A stretch of DNA of 64,000 nucleotides, taken from NCBI GenBank assembly GCA_963793265.1, contig CAWBZI010000002.1:32001-96000 (forward strand). The letters run 5' to 3'. This DNA comes from an uncultured cyanobacterium. Lineage in GTDB: Bacteria; Cyanobacteriota; Cyanobacteriia; Phormidesmidales; Phormidesmidaceae. Position numbers and translations under genes: made by a program. Under the pieces are notes generated by a model. The model was not told the origin of the DNA. It searched no databases and worked only from the letters and a program-made list of their open reading frames with translations. Below are positions 10,285-19,922 of this stretch, piece by piece. Position 1 is the stretch's first letter. Every line of letters starts with the position of its first letter.

Positions 10285-10486
10285 AGTAATTATCTCCTGT
10301 TGTTTTCTCGCAGAACATCAAAGCGTGGCAATGGCAATCACCGTTTTTCTTTTGCTCTATTGCTTCTGTCGAGTGAGTTAGGACATTAGCGGCCGCTAGA
10401 AGCCTCTAGTAACAACAGCTCACTCGACTAGAAAAGTAAGAATGCATCCTTACTTTTCTATATGTGTCTATTACAAAGGTTGCAAG

Positions 10487-10533
10487 GCTACGTTCAGGGG
10501 TAAGGAATGGCTAATTTCGAGCTAACCTATAGC
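10487..10533 (-). promoter_or_regulatory. Conserved upstream element, copy 1 (11-bp periodic TTAGC-like repeats)
   Basis: 36/47 ungapped identity to 14103-14149; both copies lie upstream of minus-strand genes. Confidence 0.6.
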
Positions 10534-10550
10534 GCTTTTCTGAAAACATT

Positions 10551-10578
10551 AAAAAGCCCTCAGCGGTTGCTGAGGGCT
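10551..10578 (-). terminator. Rho-independent terminator
   Basis: AGCCCTCAGC/GCTGAGGGCT 10-bp stem followed by T5 on the minus strand, just after the 10616 stop. Confidence 0.8.
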
Positions 10579-10615
10579 GGAGATATCGAAACCCAGTTCT
10601 GGACGTGGCCAAGGT

Positions 10616-13600
10616 TTAGAGGCAAGGTGCCTGACCTGCTGTTCCTTCTATAAAGGCGTCATTGTCCTCAATGTCAGCGGGGCTAAAGGTGCCAACATTC
10701 CGCCTAGTAACGTTAGCAAGGTCAATTACCTGGAACTGACCGGCTCCATTGCTGAGCAGATTAAAGCCATCGCCACCAGGTGTCGTCACTGTGTTGTTAT
10801 CGAGAGCCAAGCAAATATTGGCATCCTCTGTGTGCTCAATGCTAACACCGTTACCGCCAGGATTCGTAATTGTGTTATCGGTTACCGTGACAGTCGCGTT
10901 GGCATCGTCTTCAATCAGGTCAAACTTGATGCCGTCAGCGCCTACATCTGTGATGGTATTGCCGCTGACGGTAATGCTAGAAGTGGTTGTGTTTTCAATG
11001 TCACCAAAGGCAATACCCTCTTTTTCTGCATTGGAAATTCGATTGTTGAGTATGCGAATAGTGGCATCGGCATTGTTTTCGATGTTGTCGAACTCAATCC
11101 CTTCTTCGCCAGCACCGAGAATAGTATTCTCTTCAATGAGAATATTGGATACGGTATTGTTTTCTAGATCGTTAACAAAGATACCGCCTCTTTTCTCGGA
11201 AGTCAGCGTATTGCCTGCAATAGTGATGGTCGCGTCGGCACGGTTCTCAATATTACCGAGGTCAACGTTTGTTTCGCCACTGGTAATTTGATTATTGGTG
11301 ATTGAAATCGTTGAAATCGTATCATTCTCAATATCGAAGAAATCAATGCCTTCAAAGATGACATCATTAATCTGGTTGTTGCTGATGGTGATTGTTGCAT
11401 CGGCATTATTTTTGATGTCCCTAAATTCTACGCCGTTCTGCCCGCCGTTAATCACATTATCTGTCACGGTAATGGTGGCGATCGCGCTTCCCTGAATATC
11501 CTCAAAGAAAATATTATCGCCTTGTACGTTGCTGAGCTGGTTGCCTGTCACTACAATATCAGCCGTAGAAGCATCCTCAATGAAACCAAACGCAATACCA
11601 TCACCGCCTGTATCGGCAATGGTATTGCTATCTACTGTGATAGCTGCCGTTGCTGTATCTTGAATGTCACCAAAGAGAATGCTTGAGTCGCTCGCATTTG
11701 AGATTTGGTTGTTATTCACGGTAATAGTGGCAGCGGCATTGTCTTCGATGCCTTCAAATTCGATGCCGGAAAAGTTGACATCGGTAATTTGGTTGCCATT
11801 CACGGTAATAGTGGCAGTGGCATCATTTTGAATGTCCTCAAAGAAAATGCCTCCTTCACCCGTATTGAGAAGGGTGTTGTTTTCGATGGTAATGTTGGAA
11901 ACCGTGTCGTTTTCAATACTACTCAAGAAAATGCCTGAGTTGCCTACATTCGAGATTTGGTTGTTACTCACGGTAATGGTGGCGTTGGCATTGTCTTCAA
12001 TACGGTCAAATTCGATACCCTCATCGGCGTTCCCATTCTCTGCATTGATGATGTTTTCTTCAACCGCAATCGTGGCGACAGCGTTTCCTTGAATTTCATC
12101 AAAGAAAATGCCAGCAACCTGAGTATCTGTGATTTGATTATTTGCAACGGTGATGTTGGCGATCGCATTCCCTTCAATGAAGTCAAACGCAATGCCATTA
12201 TTATCAATTGTCTCTAGCGTATTGTCAGCGATTGTTACTGTCGTGTTATCTTCGTCTGCAATGTCACCAAAGGAAATGCCCTCTTCATTCGTATTTGAGA
12301 TTTGATTGCGAACGATAGATATCGTGCCATCAATGTCAGGTAGGTTAATGCCCGTATCAACGTTGGCGATCGCATTATCTTCAAGGGTAACATTCTCACC
12401 ACGAGCCTCAATGCCATTGACGACTAGAGGTTCCAAGGCCGCTGCTAAACCGAAATCAACTTCTGCACCATTCTCAAAACCGTTCTCAAACTTAGTTGGG
12501 TCAATCTCTAGGCCGGAAACCAATGTGTTGTTGCCGATAGTGACTTGACCAGTCACTATCGGCAAATTGCCGCTACCCGAACCTGGCAAAATCACTTCTC
12601 CAAACTGAGTATTCAGCGCTTGAACTGGCCCCACCGAGCGCACCTGCACGCCATCTGGCAGCGTAAAGCCACCGCCTGCATTCCCTTCCTGCACAAAGAT
12701 AATATTGTCAGCATTGGCATCGGTAACATTCGCAGCCTGAGCAATGGTGCTTAGCGGATCTTCAAACGTACCTTCTCTGCGAAGCGCTGCTTCCAGCTCA
12801 CCGTTCGCAACACCATTGGCAATAACAATGGCGCCGACTGAAGGATCGACATGACGAAAGACAAACTCATTGCCTGTCTCTGGATTGATAGCTGCCACGT
12901 CTTCTTGAACAATCTCAACGTCTGTTCCATGCTCCACAAGAACAGTATTGGTACGGTTAATAGGTTCTGCGGCTCTTGCCCAGAGCTGCGATGGCAAGTT
13001 CTCATCGACTGTTGTATTTTCTTCTGCATCATACGAGCGCCGTGATCGCGACCCCAACAGCGCATTCACAGAAAAAGTCATGTTGGTGTCAAATATTCCA
13101 TCATTTTGTACGCCCACGCCAAAGCGTAAGCTGTTGGTAGGGCGATAGTCCAGCGAAGCCCGGAAGCCTAAGCTATCTTCAGAAGCTTCTCCGCCCAAGT
13201 AATACACGCCGCCTCGGCCCCACAGGCTGCTGTCGCCGCCAAAGTCCAGCAGCTCCAGTCCGCCATCGAGAGAAACAGTAGTTAGCGCGGCCTCTACTTG
13301 GTTAATTTGTTGCTCATCTATCAGCAGTTGATTGCCCGTAAACTTAGGGTTTACAGCCTGAATGTCAGAGGAAATTACCTGACGGGCATTGCCCAAAGGA
13401 AGGTTGGCGTTGAGGATTAAGTCCCAATTTTCGCCTAATAGCTCTGCGCCTGCATTGGCTTGGGTAAAGGTGCTGGTATCTGTGCCGCGAGCATCTATTC
13501 CGGCAAAAGCACCCCATATCGTACTGTCGTTTAAGAGCGCCCGATAGCCAGCTTGCAGTCCACCGCCAAAGTTGCCGTCATTATCTATACTCACGCGGCC

Positions 13601-14026
13601 ATCGAGAAAGGTGACATTTTGCCCTGGCGTTTGAAGTAGCGGCAGAAAACCGCCAATGCTTGTAAAGCCTGTAAAGCCTGAGCCTTCGGTATGGCTGAGG
13701 TTAAAGAAGGGCTGCAGACGGAGCGTAGGTATTTCTGGAACAGTTGGACTCGTTTCTGGTAGTTGAGCAATCTGGGATTGAGTCGTTTGGGATTGAGCGG
13801 CTGTTTTTTTAGCCGTCTGCTTTTGAGTTGCTTGAGTTAAAACAGTGTGATTTTGAACAGTCTGATGTTGGGTAATTTCATCGAGAGAAACCGATGTAGC
13901 GATCGCCTCGGCCGAAATAGCTAATATACTCGCTAAAGATAGGCAATAGCTCAAACCCGATCCCAGTCGTTTTAGAATTCGGGATTTTAGAATTTGGGAC
14001 TGAGTACGACGAGAATTAGTTTTCAT
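10616..14026 (-). CDS. Inverse-autotransporter beta-barrel plus right-handed beta-helix surface protein
   Basis: Long signal-like N-terminus; amphipathic strands (FLPLLQTPG, GGGLQAGYR, GAELLG.NWD, GVQNDGIF); many ~29-aa TITVxNNQI...GIxFxxIE repeats; very acidic; start could be 14041. Confidence 0.75.
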   Translation of the reverse strand: MKTNSRRTQSQILKSRILKRLGSGLSYCLSLASILAISAEAIATSVSLDEITQHQTVQNHTVLTQATQKQTAKKTAAQSQTTQSQIAQLPETSPTVPEIPTLRLQPFFNLSHTEGSGFTGFTSIGGFLPLLQTPGQNVTFLDGRVSIDNDGNFGGGLQAGYRALLNDSTIWGAFAGIDARGTDTSTFTQANAGAELLGENWDLILNANLPLGNARQVISSDIQAVNPKFTGNQLLIDEQQINQVEAALTTVSLDGGLELLDFGGDSSLWGRGGVYYLGGEASEDSLGFRASLDYRPTNSLRFGVGVQNDGIFDTNMTFSVNALLGSRSRRSYDAEENTTVDENLPSQLWARAAEPINRTNTVLVEHGTDVEIVQEDVAAINPETGNEFVFRHVDPSVGAIVIANGVANGELEAALRREGTFEDPLSTIAQAANVTDANADNIIFVQEGNAGGGFTLPDGVQVRSVGPVQALNTQFGEVILPGSGSGNLPIVTGQVTIGNNTLVSGLEIDPTKFENGFENGAEVDFGLAAALEPLVVNGIEARGENVTLEDNAIANVDTGINLPDIDGTISIVRNQISNTNEEGISFGDIADEDNTTVTIADNTLETIDNNGIAFDFIEGNAIANITVANNQITDTQVAGIFFDEIQGNAVATIAVEENIINAENGNADEGIEFDRIEDNANATITVSNNQISNVGNSGIFLSSIENDTVSNITIENNTLLNTGEGGIFFEDIQNDATATITVNGNQITDVNFSGIEFEGIEDNAAATITVNNNQISNASDSSILFGDIQDTATAAITVDSNTIADTGGDGIAFGFIEDASTADIVVTGNQLSNVQGDNIFFEDIQGSAIATITVTDNVINGGQNGVEFRDIKNNADATITISNNQINDVIFEGIDFFDIENDTISTISITNNQITSGETNVDLGNIENRADATITIAGNTLTSEKRGGIFVNDLENNTVSNILIEENTILGAGEEGIEFDNIENNADATIRILNNRISNAEKEGIAFGDIENTTTSSITVSGNTITDVGADGIKFDLIEDDANATVTVTDNTITNPGGNGVSIEHTEDANICLALDNNTVTTPGGDGFNLLSNGAGQFQVIDLANVTRRNVGTFSPADIEDNDAFIEGTAGQAPCL

Positions 14027-14102
14027 GTGAATAATATCCAACAGTAATTAACAACAAGGAACGTCTGTGTGTCCTCTATGTCTCCATTAGACGCGGCGCA
14101 AA

Positions 14103-14149
14103 GCTACGTTCAAGGCTAAAGAAAAGCTGACTTATAGCTAACTTATGGC
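14103..14149 (-). promoter_or_regulatory. Conserved upstream element, copy 2
   Basis: GCTACGTTCAAGGCTAAAGAAAAGCTGACTTATAGCTAACTTATGGC matches 10487-10533. Confidence 0.6.
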
Positions 14150-14265
14150 TGAATAGAAGAACAGAAACCATCAGCGCAAAGAGAAACTGCCTAGTCAACA
14201 CTTGTGCAAGCGCTGACATGGTTTTCTAAAATAAGCTACAGAATAAGCTGAACGGAGGTTGCGCT

Positions 14266-14421
14266 ATGAGAATGCAGTACGTCGCTTTGAAAAACAAGCC
14301 CCGTAGGCTGCGTAGCCTAACTGGCTTAAATACAAATGAGTTTGAAACGCTGTTAACCAGCTTCGGTGCCGCCTGGGACAACTTTGTGACAGAAACGTTC
14401 GAGCACGCCAGGAAAATATAG
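14266..14421 (+). mobile_element. IS5-family (ISL2-like HTH) transposase N-terminal remnant
   Basis: MRMQYVALKNKPRRLRSLTGLNTNEFETLLTSF, then an early stop; GGAGG RBS upstream. Confidence 0.55.
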
Positions 14422-14552
14422 GAAAGACTAACGCAACGCGAATCTCAAGAACAGACAAAAGCATCTAAAGTTTGTGTAATACAGTAGTGGGCAGCGATTG
14501 CATAATAGAGTCATCTGCAAGAGATGGCAATTAGGAGGAATTAGGAGGAATT

Positions 14553-15688
14553 ATGACAACTTCAGAAACAGCTACTATTTTCATGCAGCCTTGGACGGCT
14601 CGCTATGCAAAGCTCGTCACATAGTCCACGCGCTTGGGATGCTTGTCAGTGGCTGCAATCGGCACCCGCGTCTCTTTGTGCAGTTGCACGGGCTGCTCAT
14701 CCATACAGATAACTGGGCACGCCGGGTTGTATGGCCGCTCGTAGGTATCTAACACTTCTTCCATCTGAGCAACAAACTCAGCATCTGAGTCAGGGGGGAT
14801 CACCCAGTACTCAATCTTGCGATTCGTCATACCGTTTTTTTCAGCGTCTGCCGAACAGTTTCGTGACTCACGCGCTCTACGATCTCAAGCTCAACGACCT
14901 TGCGCGCTAGTAGCCGCAGTGACCAGTTCGCATAGCCAGTAGGCGGCGTTCCTAACCGCATCGCTATTATCTGAGCCTCTTGCTCGCCATTCAAAAGCTT
15001 CGCAGTCGGGGGCGTCGCACGTTTCGCGCCGTTCAGCGTCTTTTCAAAGCCTTGCGTAACGAAACGTTTGCGGATGTTCTCGATTGTTTTTGTCCGGCAA
15101 TCAAAGGCTTCTGCTATCTGTCCATCTGTCCAGCTTGGCCCCTCGCTATCTGCCTTCAGCAGAATCTGAGCACGTCGCACTTTCTGACTGCTGCCAGAGA
15201 GCCGCTTGACCACTGCACGTAGCTGGCTTTTTTCAGCGGCACTGAGGGTAACGAGATATCTTTTCTGCATAAAGCTCCGGCTTGCTTTATCCTTACTCTC
15301 GACTATTTCAACACTCTTGCCAACCCTAAGTTTTAGGCATGACGATGCACTAGTAGCGATCGCACTCCTCTACGGCGCAACCGTTCACATAGGTAACATC
15401 GCCGGACTTACAGGAACACCGTGGCTGTCCACTCCGCTACTGTGGCGGTGCATGGATATCGCACTTTTGATTTTTGATGTCGTAGCAGCAGTCAGCCTGT
15501 GGAAAGGACTCTCCTGGTCTGTGTGGTTTGTATTCGGCGGTATCATTCTGTTGCAGTTTGTGCCCTATACTTTGTTGCGATCGCACTTTATCCTCAAGCC
15601 CGAAGATGCTCAAACCCTCAACGGCTTGCTAGGGACTGAAGCTATTCTTTTAGCTATTCTCCTAATTTTGCTATGGATGAAGAAATGA
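14553..15688 (+). pseudogene. Small membrane-protein gene interrupted by IS630
   Basis: AGGAGG RBS, then MTTSETATIFMQPWTARYAKL(V) at 14553-14617; removing the IS rejoins it in frame to VAIALLYGATVHIG...WMKK at 15354-15688. Confidence 0.8.
14620..15353 (-). mobile_element. IS630-family element, left part (HTH ORF-A at 14827-15270; ORF-B truncated after KRVDY)
   Basis: VRRAQILL, WSLRLLA, SHETVRQTLKK; about 250 bp nearly identical to 8645-8893; terminal CTAGTGCATCGTCA flanked by a TA target. Confidence 0.9.
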
Positions 15689-15706
15689 TTGCTCGTGTAA
15701 CACGCA

Positions 15707-16291
15707 TTACGTCAAAACCTGCTTAATGTAGTGGCGGATGACCTGCTGCTGCTGCTCAACGCTAAGCCTATTAGCCTGAATAAGAGAATCAAGACTCACG
15801 CCGTTTCCTAGCGCCAAAAGGGCATTAGATTCTATGTCTGGATCGATATCCACACGGATCAATTGGTCGCGCTGCAAGCGCTTTATCTCCTGAATAATGA
15901 CCTCACGCAACTCGGCGGCGCTTTGCCGATGCTCGGCCATGAGTGCGTCTCGCCCTACCGCGTACCCGAGGAAGGCAACCCACACTTTGAGAATTTCTTG
16001 CCGCTGAAGATCGATAGGCAAGAAAGCAGAGAGCATAGCAACCAACCGTTCTGTGCCAGAAACATCTACAAGGGCCTCTTTCATCAACACTTTCAGACGT
16101 TCTGTAACCTGGCCGAGTGCGAACAGAATCAGGGCTTCTTTGTTGCGAAAGTAGTGCGTAACGACGCCCGTGGTGCAGTTCATTTCCTGCGCGATCGCCC
16201 GCATACTCGTACGATCTAACCCCTCACGCACAATCACTCGCCACGCCGCTTCAGAAACCTCTAACCGCCGGTCTTTCTGAGTTCCAGCCAC
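15707..16291 (-). CDS. TetR-family (BetI-like) regulator
   Basis: HTH GLDRTSMRAIAQEMNCTTGVVTHYFRNK. Confidence 0.9.
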   Translation of the reverse strand: MAGTQKDRRLEVSEAAWRVIVREGLDRTSMRAIAQEMNCTTGVVTHYFRNKEALILFALGQVTERLKVLMKEALVDVSGTERLVAMLSAFLPIDLQRQEILKVWVAFLGYAVGRDALMAEHRQSAAELREVIIQEIKRLQRDQLIRVDIDPDIESNALLALGNGVSLDSLIQANRLSVEQQQQVIRHYIKQVLT

Positions 16292-16353
16292 TACCTACTA
16301 CGCTCCTGCTCAAGGCCTTATCAATATTTGCCAGAGCTTTTTGACAAATACTA

Positions 16354-16401
16354 TTGACAATTTATCATAACAGTTGCTATAAAACACATAACAACTGTTA
16401 T
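16354..16401 (+). promoter_or_regulatory. Promoter with tandem TetR-type operators
   Basis: TTGACA (16354) and TATAAA (16378); palindromes ATAACAGTTGCTAT (16367) and ATAACAACTGTTAT (16388). Confidence 0.7.
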
Positions 16402-16414
16402 GAGGTTAGTTGAA

Positions 16415-17032
16415 ATGACTTCAGCAAAAGCTTCAGCGAAGATAGTCAGTAGCGTGCCGACTTTTTTGCCTGTGCCGCGTGCAGGTGTTTTAGGCGTGCT
16501 AGATCGGTTTATTGGGCCGGGAGCAACTTCAGCCGAGATAGTTCTACAGTTAGTGCCTTCTGTCTTGGCTGCGATCGCAGCACCTACCTACGCCCTCAGC
16601 CTTCCTATTACCTGGACACCTTGGCAGCTTGGGCTACTCGCACTATTCGGGTTTGATCTATCAGGCGGTGTGCTTACCAATGCCACAAACGCTGCTAAAC
16701 GCTGGTATCACCGACCGGGGCAAAGCTGGCGGCAGCACCTATTGTTTGTTGCCAGCCATCTTTTCCACATTGGGGCAGTTGCTTTGTTCTTTCGCGGCGG
16801 CGACTGGGCGTTCTTCGGCAGCGTATCTGCTTACTTGCTATTGGCGGCAGGCTTGATTTTGTCTGTGCCGCTGTATTTGCAACGCCCCATTGCCTTTGGT
16901 CTGTACGGGCTGTCGTTAATTGGCAGTTTTTATCTGCTGACACCAATGCCAGGGCTAGAGTGGTTTCTGCCTCTGTTCTTCCTGAAACTTCTGGTAAGTC
17001 ACTTGTTGAACGAAACGGCTTATCGTCCATAG
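16415..17032 (+). CDS. Hypothetical multi-pass membrane protein
   Basis: Several hydrophobic helices; DLSGGVLTNATNAAKRWYH motif; divergent from TetR; start could be 16400. Confidence 0.8.
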   Translation: MTSAKASAKIVSSVPTFLPVPRAGVLGVLDRFIGPGATSAEIVLQLVPSVLAAIAAPTYALSLPITWTPWQLGLLALFGFDLSGGVLTNATNAAKRWYHRPGQSWRQHLLFVASHLFHIGAVALFFRGGDWAFFGSVSAYLLLAAGLILSVPLYLQRPIAFGLYGLSLIGSFYLLTPMPGLEWFLPLFFLKLLVSHLLNETAYRP

Positions 17033-17104
17033 TGCTGTCGATAAGACAGCATTATTTTCTTCAGTTTTGCTTTTCTGTCGTTTTCTATTTTTGAGGTAGA
17101 TATT

Positions 17105-17326
17105 GTGAAAAACGCTGTCAGATATTCAGTATTCTCGCTACTCCTTTTGTCGGCAATCATGCTCACCTCATTGGTTCCGGGTGGCCCGATTGAAACCCGA
17201 GACTTCTCCCATATTAGCCCGCTCGTGTTGGGTAGCTTTAATGTCTTTCTAACAACCCTCAGCATTACGAGTTTTCTAGGGATAGGCATCGTTATTTTTG
17301 CCACTCGTTCTGCGATGGGCTTATAA
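17105..17326 (+). pseudogene. Short, probably truncated membrane protein
   Basis: Two hydrophobic segments around PGGPIETRDFSH; only 73 aa. Confidence 0.4.
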
Positions 17327-17379
17327 ATCGACAGCACAAGAAGATCAAGCTATTTGGCGTATGTTTAATCGCTCTGATG

Positions 17380-17405
17380 GCTCGGCCTGTTTATGCAGGC
17401 CGAGC
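17380..17405. terminator. GC-rich hairpin between convergent genes
   Basis: GCTCGGCCTG/CAGGCCGAGC 10-bp stem. Confidence 0.6.
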
Positions 17406-17411
17406 TTCGGG

Positions 17412-18395
17412 CTACACACTGATAGCCACCTTTCCTTTCACCTGCCTGTCTTCTAAGGTACGAATGGCTGTAGGCACGTCTGCCAGTGAATAAGTTTTCT
17501 CAATAAATGGCTTGAGTTTACCGGATTCAACCCAGTCTTTTAGCACGGTCAAATCAGCTTGGTTAGGGGTTGACTGCAAGCACTTTATGCGGCGACGACT
17601 GGCTTTATCCTGACGCCTGTCAACAAAAGAACCCAGAAACATTGCTCGAAAAAATTCAGCAGTATCACCCCCAACCATGACATACATTCCACCGGGTACG
17701 AGTGCCTCTAAAAAGTCAGAAAAGGGACGATAGGCCGCCGCATCCAAAATCAAATCATAGGGCTGCTTTGATTGTGTTGGATTGCTTTGAGTGTAATCAA
17801 CAATATAGTCCGCGCCCAGTGACTTCACCATCTCTATTTTGCTTGTGCTACAAACCGCACTCACCTCAGCGCCAAACGCTTTTGCTATCTGCACTGCAAA
17901 AGAGCCAACGCCACCAGAGGCCCCATTAATCAGCACTTTCTGGCCTGCCTGAATCTCTCCGAAGTCTCTAAGCCCATGCAGCGCAGCCAACCCAGAGACA
18001 GGAACGGTTGCAGCTTCCTCAAATGTCAAATTAGTGGGCTTTTGCACCAGCGCCGATTCAGGCACAGACACATATTCAGCAAACGCACCAAACCCGCATT
18101 CTGACAAATCGCCAAAGACCTCATCTCCAGGCTGAAACTGTTTCACATCTTTGCCTACAGCTTCTACACGTCCGGCGATATCTGTGCCAATCGTTTGAAG
18201 CTTAGGCGTTAGGATTCCGCCAAGCATGAGACGAATCACAAAAGGCGTGCCGCGCATCAGGTGCCAGTCACCCGCATGCACGCCCGCACCATGAACTCGG
18301 ACTAACACTTCATTATCAGCAGGCATCGGCTTGTCAATCTCTTCTAGCCTTAAAACATCTGCTGAGCCGTACTCAGACTGAACAATCGCTTTCAT
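17412..18395 (-). CDS. MDR-family NAD(P)-dependent alcohol dehydrogenase/quinone oxidoreductase
   Basis: MKAIV...YGS, GTDIAGRVEAVG, NGASGGVG, KGKVAI. Confidence 0.9.
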   Translation of the reverse strand: MKAIVQSEYGSADVLRLEEIDKPMPADNEVLVRVHGAGVHAGDWHLMRGTPFVIRLMLGGILTPKLQTIGTDIAGRVEAVGKDVKQFQPGDEVFGDLSECGFGAFAEYVSVPESALVQKPTNLTFEEAATVPVSGLAALHGLRDFGEIQAGQKVLINGASGGVGSFAVQIAKAFGAEVSAVCSTSKIEMVKSLGADYIVDYTQSNPTQSKQPYDLILDAAAYRPFSDFLEALVPGGMYVMVGGDTAEFFRAMFLGSFVDRRQDKASRRRIKCLQSTPNQADLTVLKDWVESGKLKPFIEKTYSLADVPTAIRTLEDRQVKGKVAISV

Positions 18396-18444
18396 CTGGT
18401 GACCTCTTTGGTATAGTTTTTGTCTCTCTTGCTTAATAGATAGA

Positions 18445-18708
18445 GTGAGTTTTATAGCGGGTCAACCCAGTGCCATCTTTACTTACGCTGTAAGTTTAAC
18501 ATTCGAGGCAGAGGAGTATTCAGCAGCAGCAGAAAACTATCTTCCGCTTATTCCTGCCGATAAGTACCCTTATATCAACGGCATGACACAACGGATCATC
18601 AGCAGGAAATATGACGGCATTCACGATTTTGAGTTTGGCCTCGAACTCATTCTTAACGGGCTCGGTCAGTACGCCTGTTCCGCTGAGCTGGGAATACAAA
18701 CAAACTAG
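18445..18708 (+). pseudogene. TetR C-terminal domain remnant
   Basis: YPYI...DFEFGLELILNGL with no HTH. Confidence 0.55.
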
Positions 18709-18762
18709 AAGAAAAGTAATCTAGAAGATGAGGACTATGTTGAACATAGATCTATCAAACTC

Positions 18763-19230
18763 TTATTTGAGGCGCGGTGTAGATCGTTCTTTGCGAATAG
18801 TCATGAACCAAACCCATCCTAGTAAGAAGATTTGTAGCGGTATGCGAAAGAATAGGTAGCGTGGGCCATGTACATTACCTCCAAACGCTATCGAGTTTAG
18901 GGCAGCGTAAATATTTGCTGGAAAAACGCACAATAGAAATAGACATGCGAGTATCCCGGTCAGTCGTCTTGCCCGTGGCCACAAAAATCCGACGCCAAAC
19001 ATCAGCTCTATCACGCCAGTGACATAGACGATAAGATGGCGGAGCGGAACCCATGCTGGCAGCATTAGCACCATGCTGTTAGCCAGCGTAAAGTGACTCA
19101 CGCCAGTAAAAAAGAACATAGCTGCGATCGCAATACTGCCCGCCACGCGAACATTGATGATGTGTCTGCTGATTGATTGAACAACCAGTACTAGACTAAA
19201 AACAATCAGTAAAACAATTAATACTACCAT
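18763..19230 (-). CDS. DoxX-like membrane protein
   Basis: TGVSHF...MLPAWVP...TGVIE...FPANIYAA...RIPLQ. Confidence 0.8.
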   Translation of the reverse strand: MVVLIVLLIVFSLVLVVQSISRHIINVRVAGSIAIAAMFFFTGVSHFTLANSMVLMLPAWVPLRHLIVYVTGVIELMFGVGFLWPRARRLTGILACLFLLCVFPANIYAALNSIAFGGNVHGPRYLFFRIPLQIFLLGWVWFMTIRKERSTPRLK

Positions 19231-19394
19231 TTGTCTACATAGAAGCGACAGGATTGATTCTTCTATTTCTGTAATGCTCCATACCTAAAAGAGACGGGAC
19301 TGATGCATTTGTCTGTGCGACACACCAGTCCATGTCCCTGATAGATCGTACGATCTTTATATCAGAGGTTTTGAAAATATTCTACTGCAATTGA

Positions 19395-19877
19395 CTATGG
19401 CAAAGAAAACGTAAACATTGCGGCTGCTAAGAAGGCAGCGGTGGTACGAACGTGGTTCCAGAGCGTCCAGTCTGTGAGGTACTTGCGCCATAGCTGGGCA
19501 CTTTCTGTGCTGGTAGGGCGCACAATCGCTAAGGCATCGTTGAGCGGCACATTACCTAACCCCGTGACGCCGATGGTTCCAATCAAGTACAGCAGACTAC
19601 CGACGAGTAAATAGATGGCTCCTGGTTGCCCCCAGTTACGCAGCGCAATAATTGTCAGCATCACACAGGCCACTGCCGGACCAAAAAACGCCGAGTAAAA
19701 CCAAGGATTAAACACTGTAACGTTGATGGACTGCATGGTGGCAATGCCTGAAGCAGCGGGCTGCAGTGCAAGTGCTCGCATGACAAAGGTAGAGAACGCA
19801 AAGAAAATGCCTGCGCTGAGCGCACTGCTGATAACTGCGAAGTAAATGAGAGAGATGCGGAAATTTTGAATAATCAT
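19395..19877 (-). CDS. DUF1772/anthrone oxygenase family membrane protein
   Basis: AGIFFAFSTFVM, MQSIN, NVPLNDAL, WTLWNHVRT. Confidence 0.85.
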   Translation of the reverse strand: MIIQNFRISLIYFAVISSALSAGIFFAFSTFVMRALALQPAASGIATMQSINVTVFNPWFYSAFFGPAVACVMLTIIALRNWGQPGAIYLLVGSLLYLIGTIGVTGLGNVPLNDALAIVRPTSTESAQLWRKYLTDWTLWNHVRTTAAFLAAAMFTFSLP

Positions 19878-19922
19878 AGCCGTATTTCCTTAAGAGTTGT
19901 TGAAGCGCTAGAACGAAAACGA

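Noticed and set aside
10749..12300. CRISPR-like or DNA-level repeat array, and the plus-strand ORFs
   Set aside because: The periodicity is the coding beta-helix repeat; there are no identical repeats with spacers and no cas genes; the plus-strand ORFs are antisense shadows
8645..15353. Composite transposon, or a past inversion that split one IS630
   Set aside because: The surviving ends do not both face outward. Both flanks of the second copy belong to the same interrupted gene, so it was truncated in place
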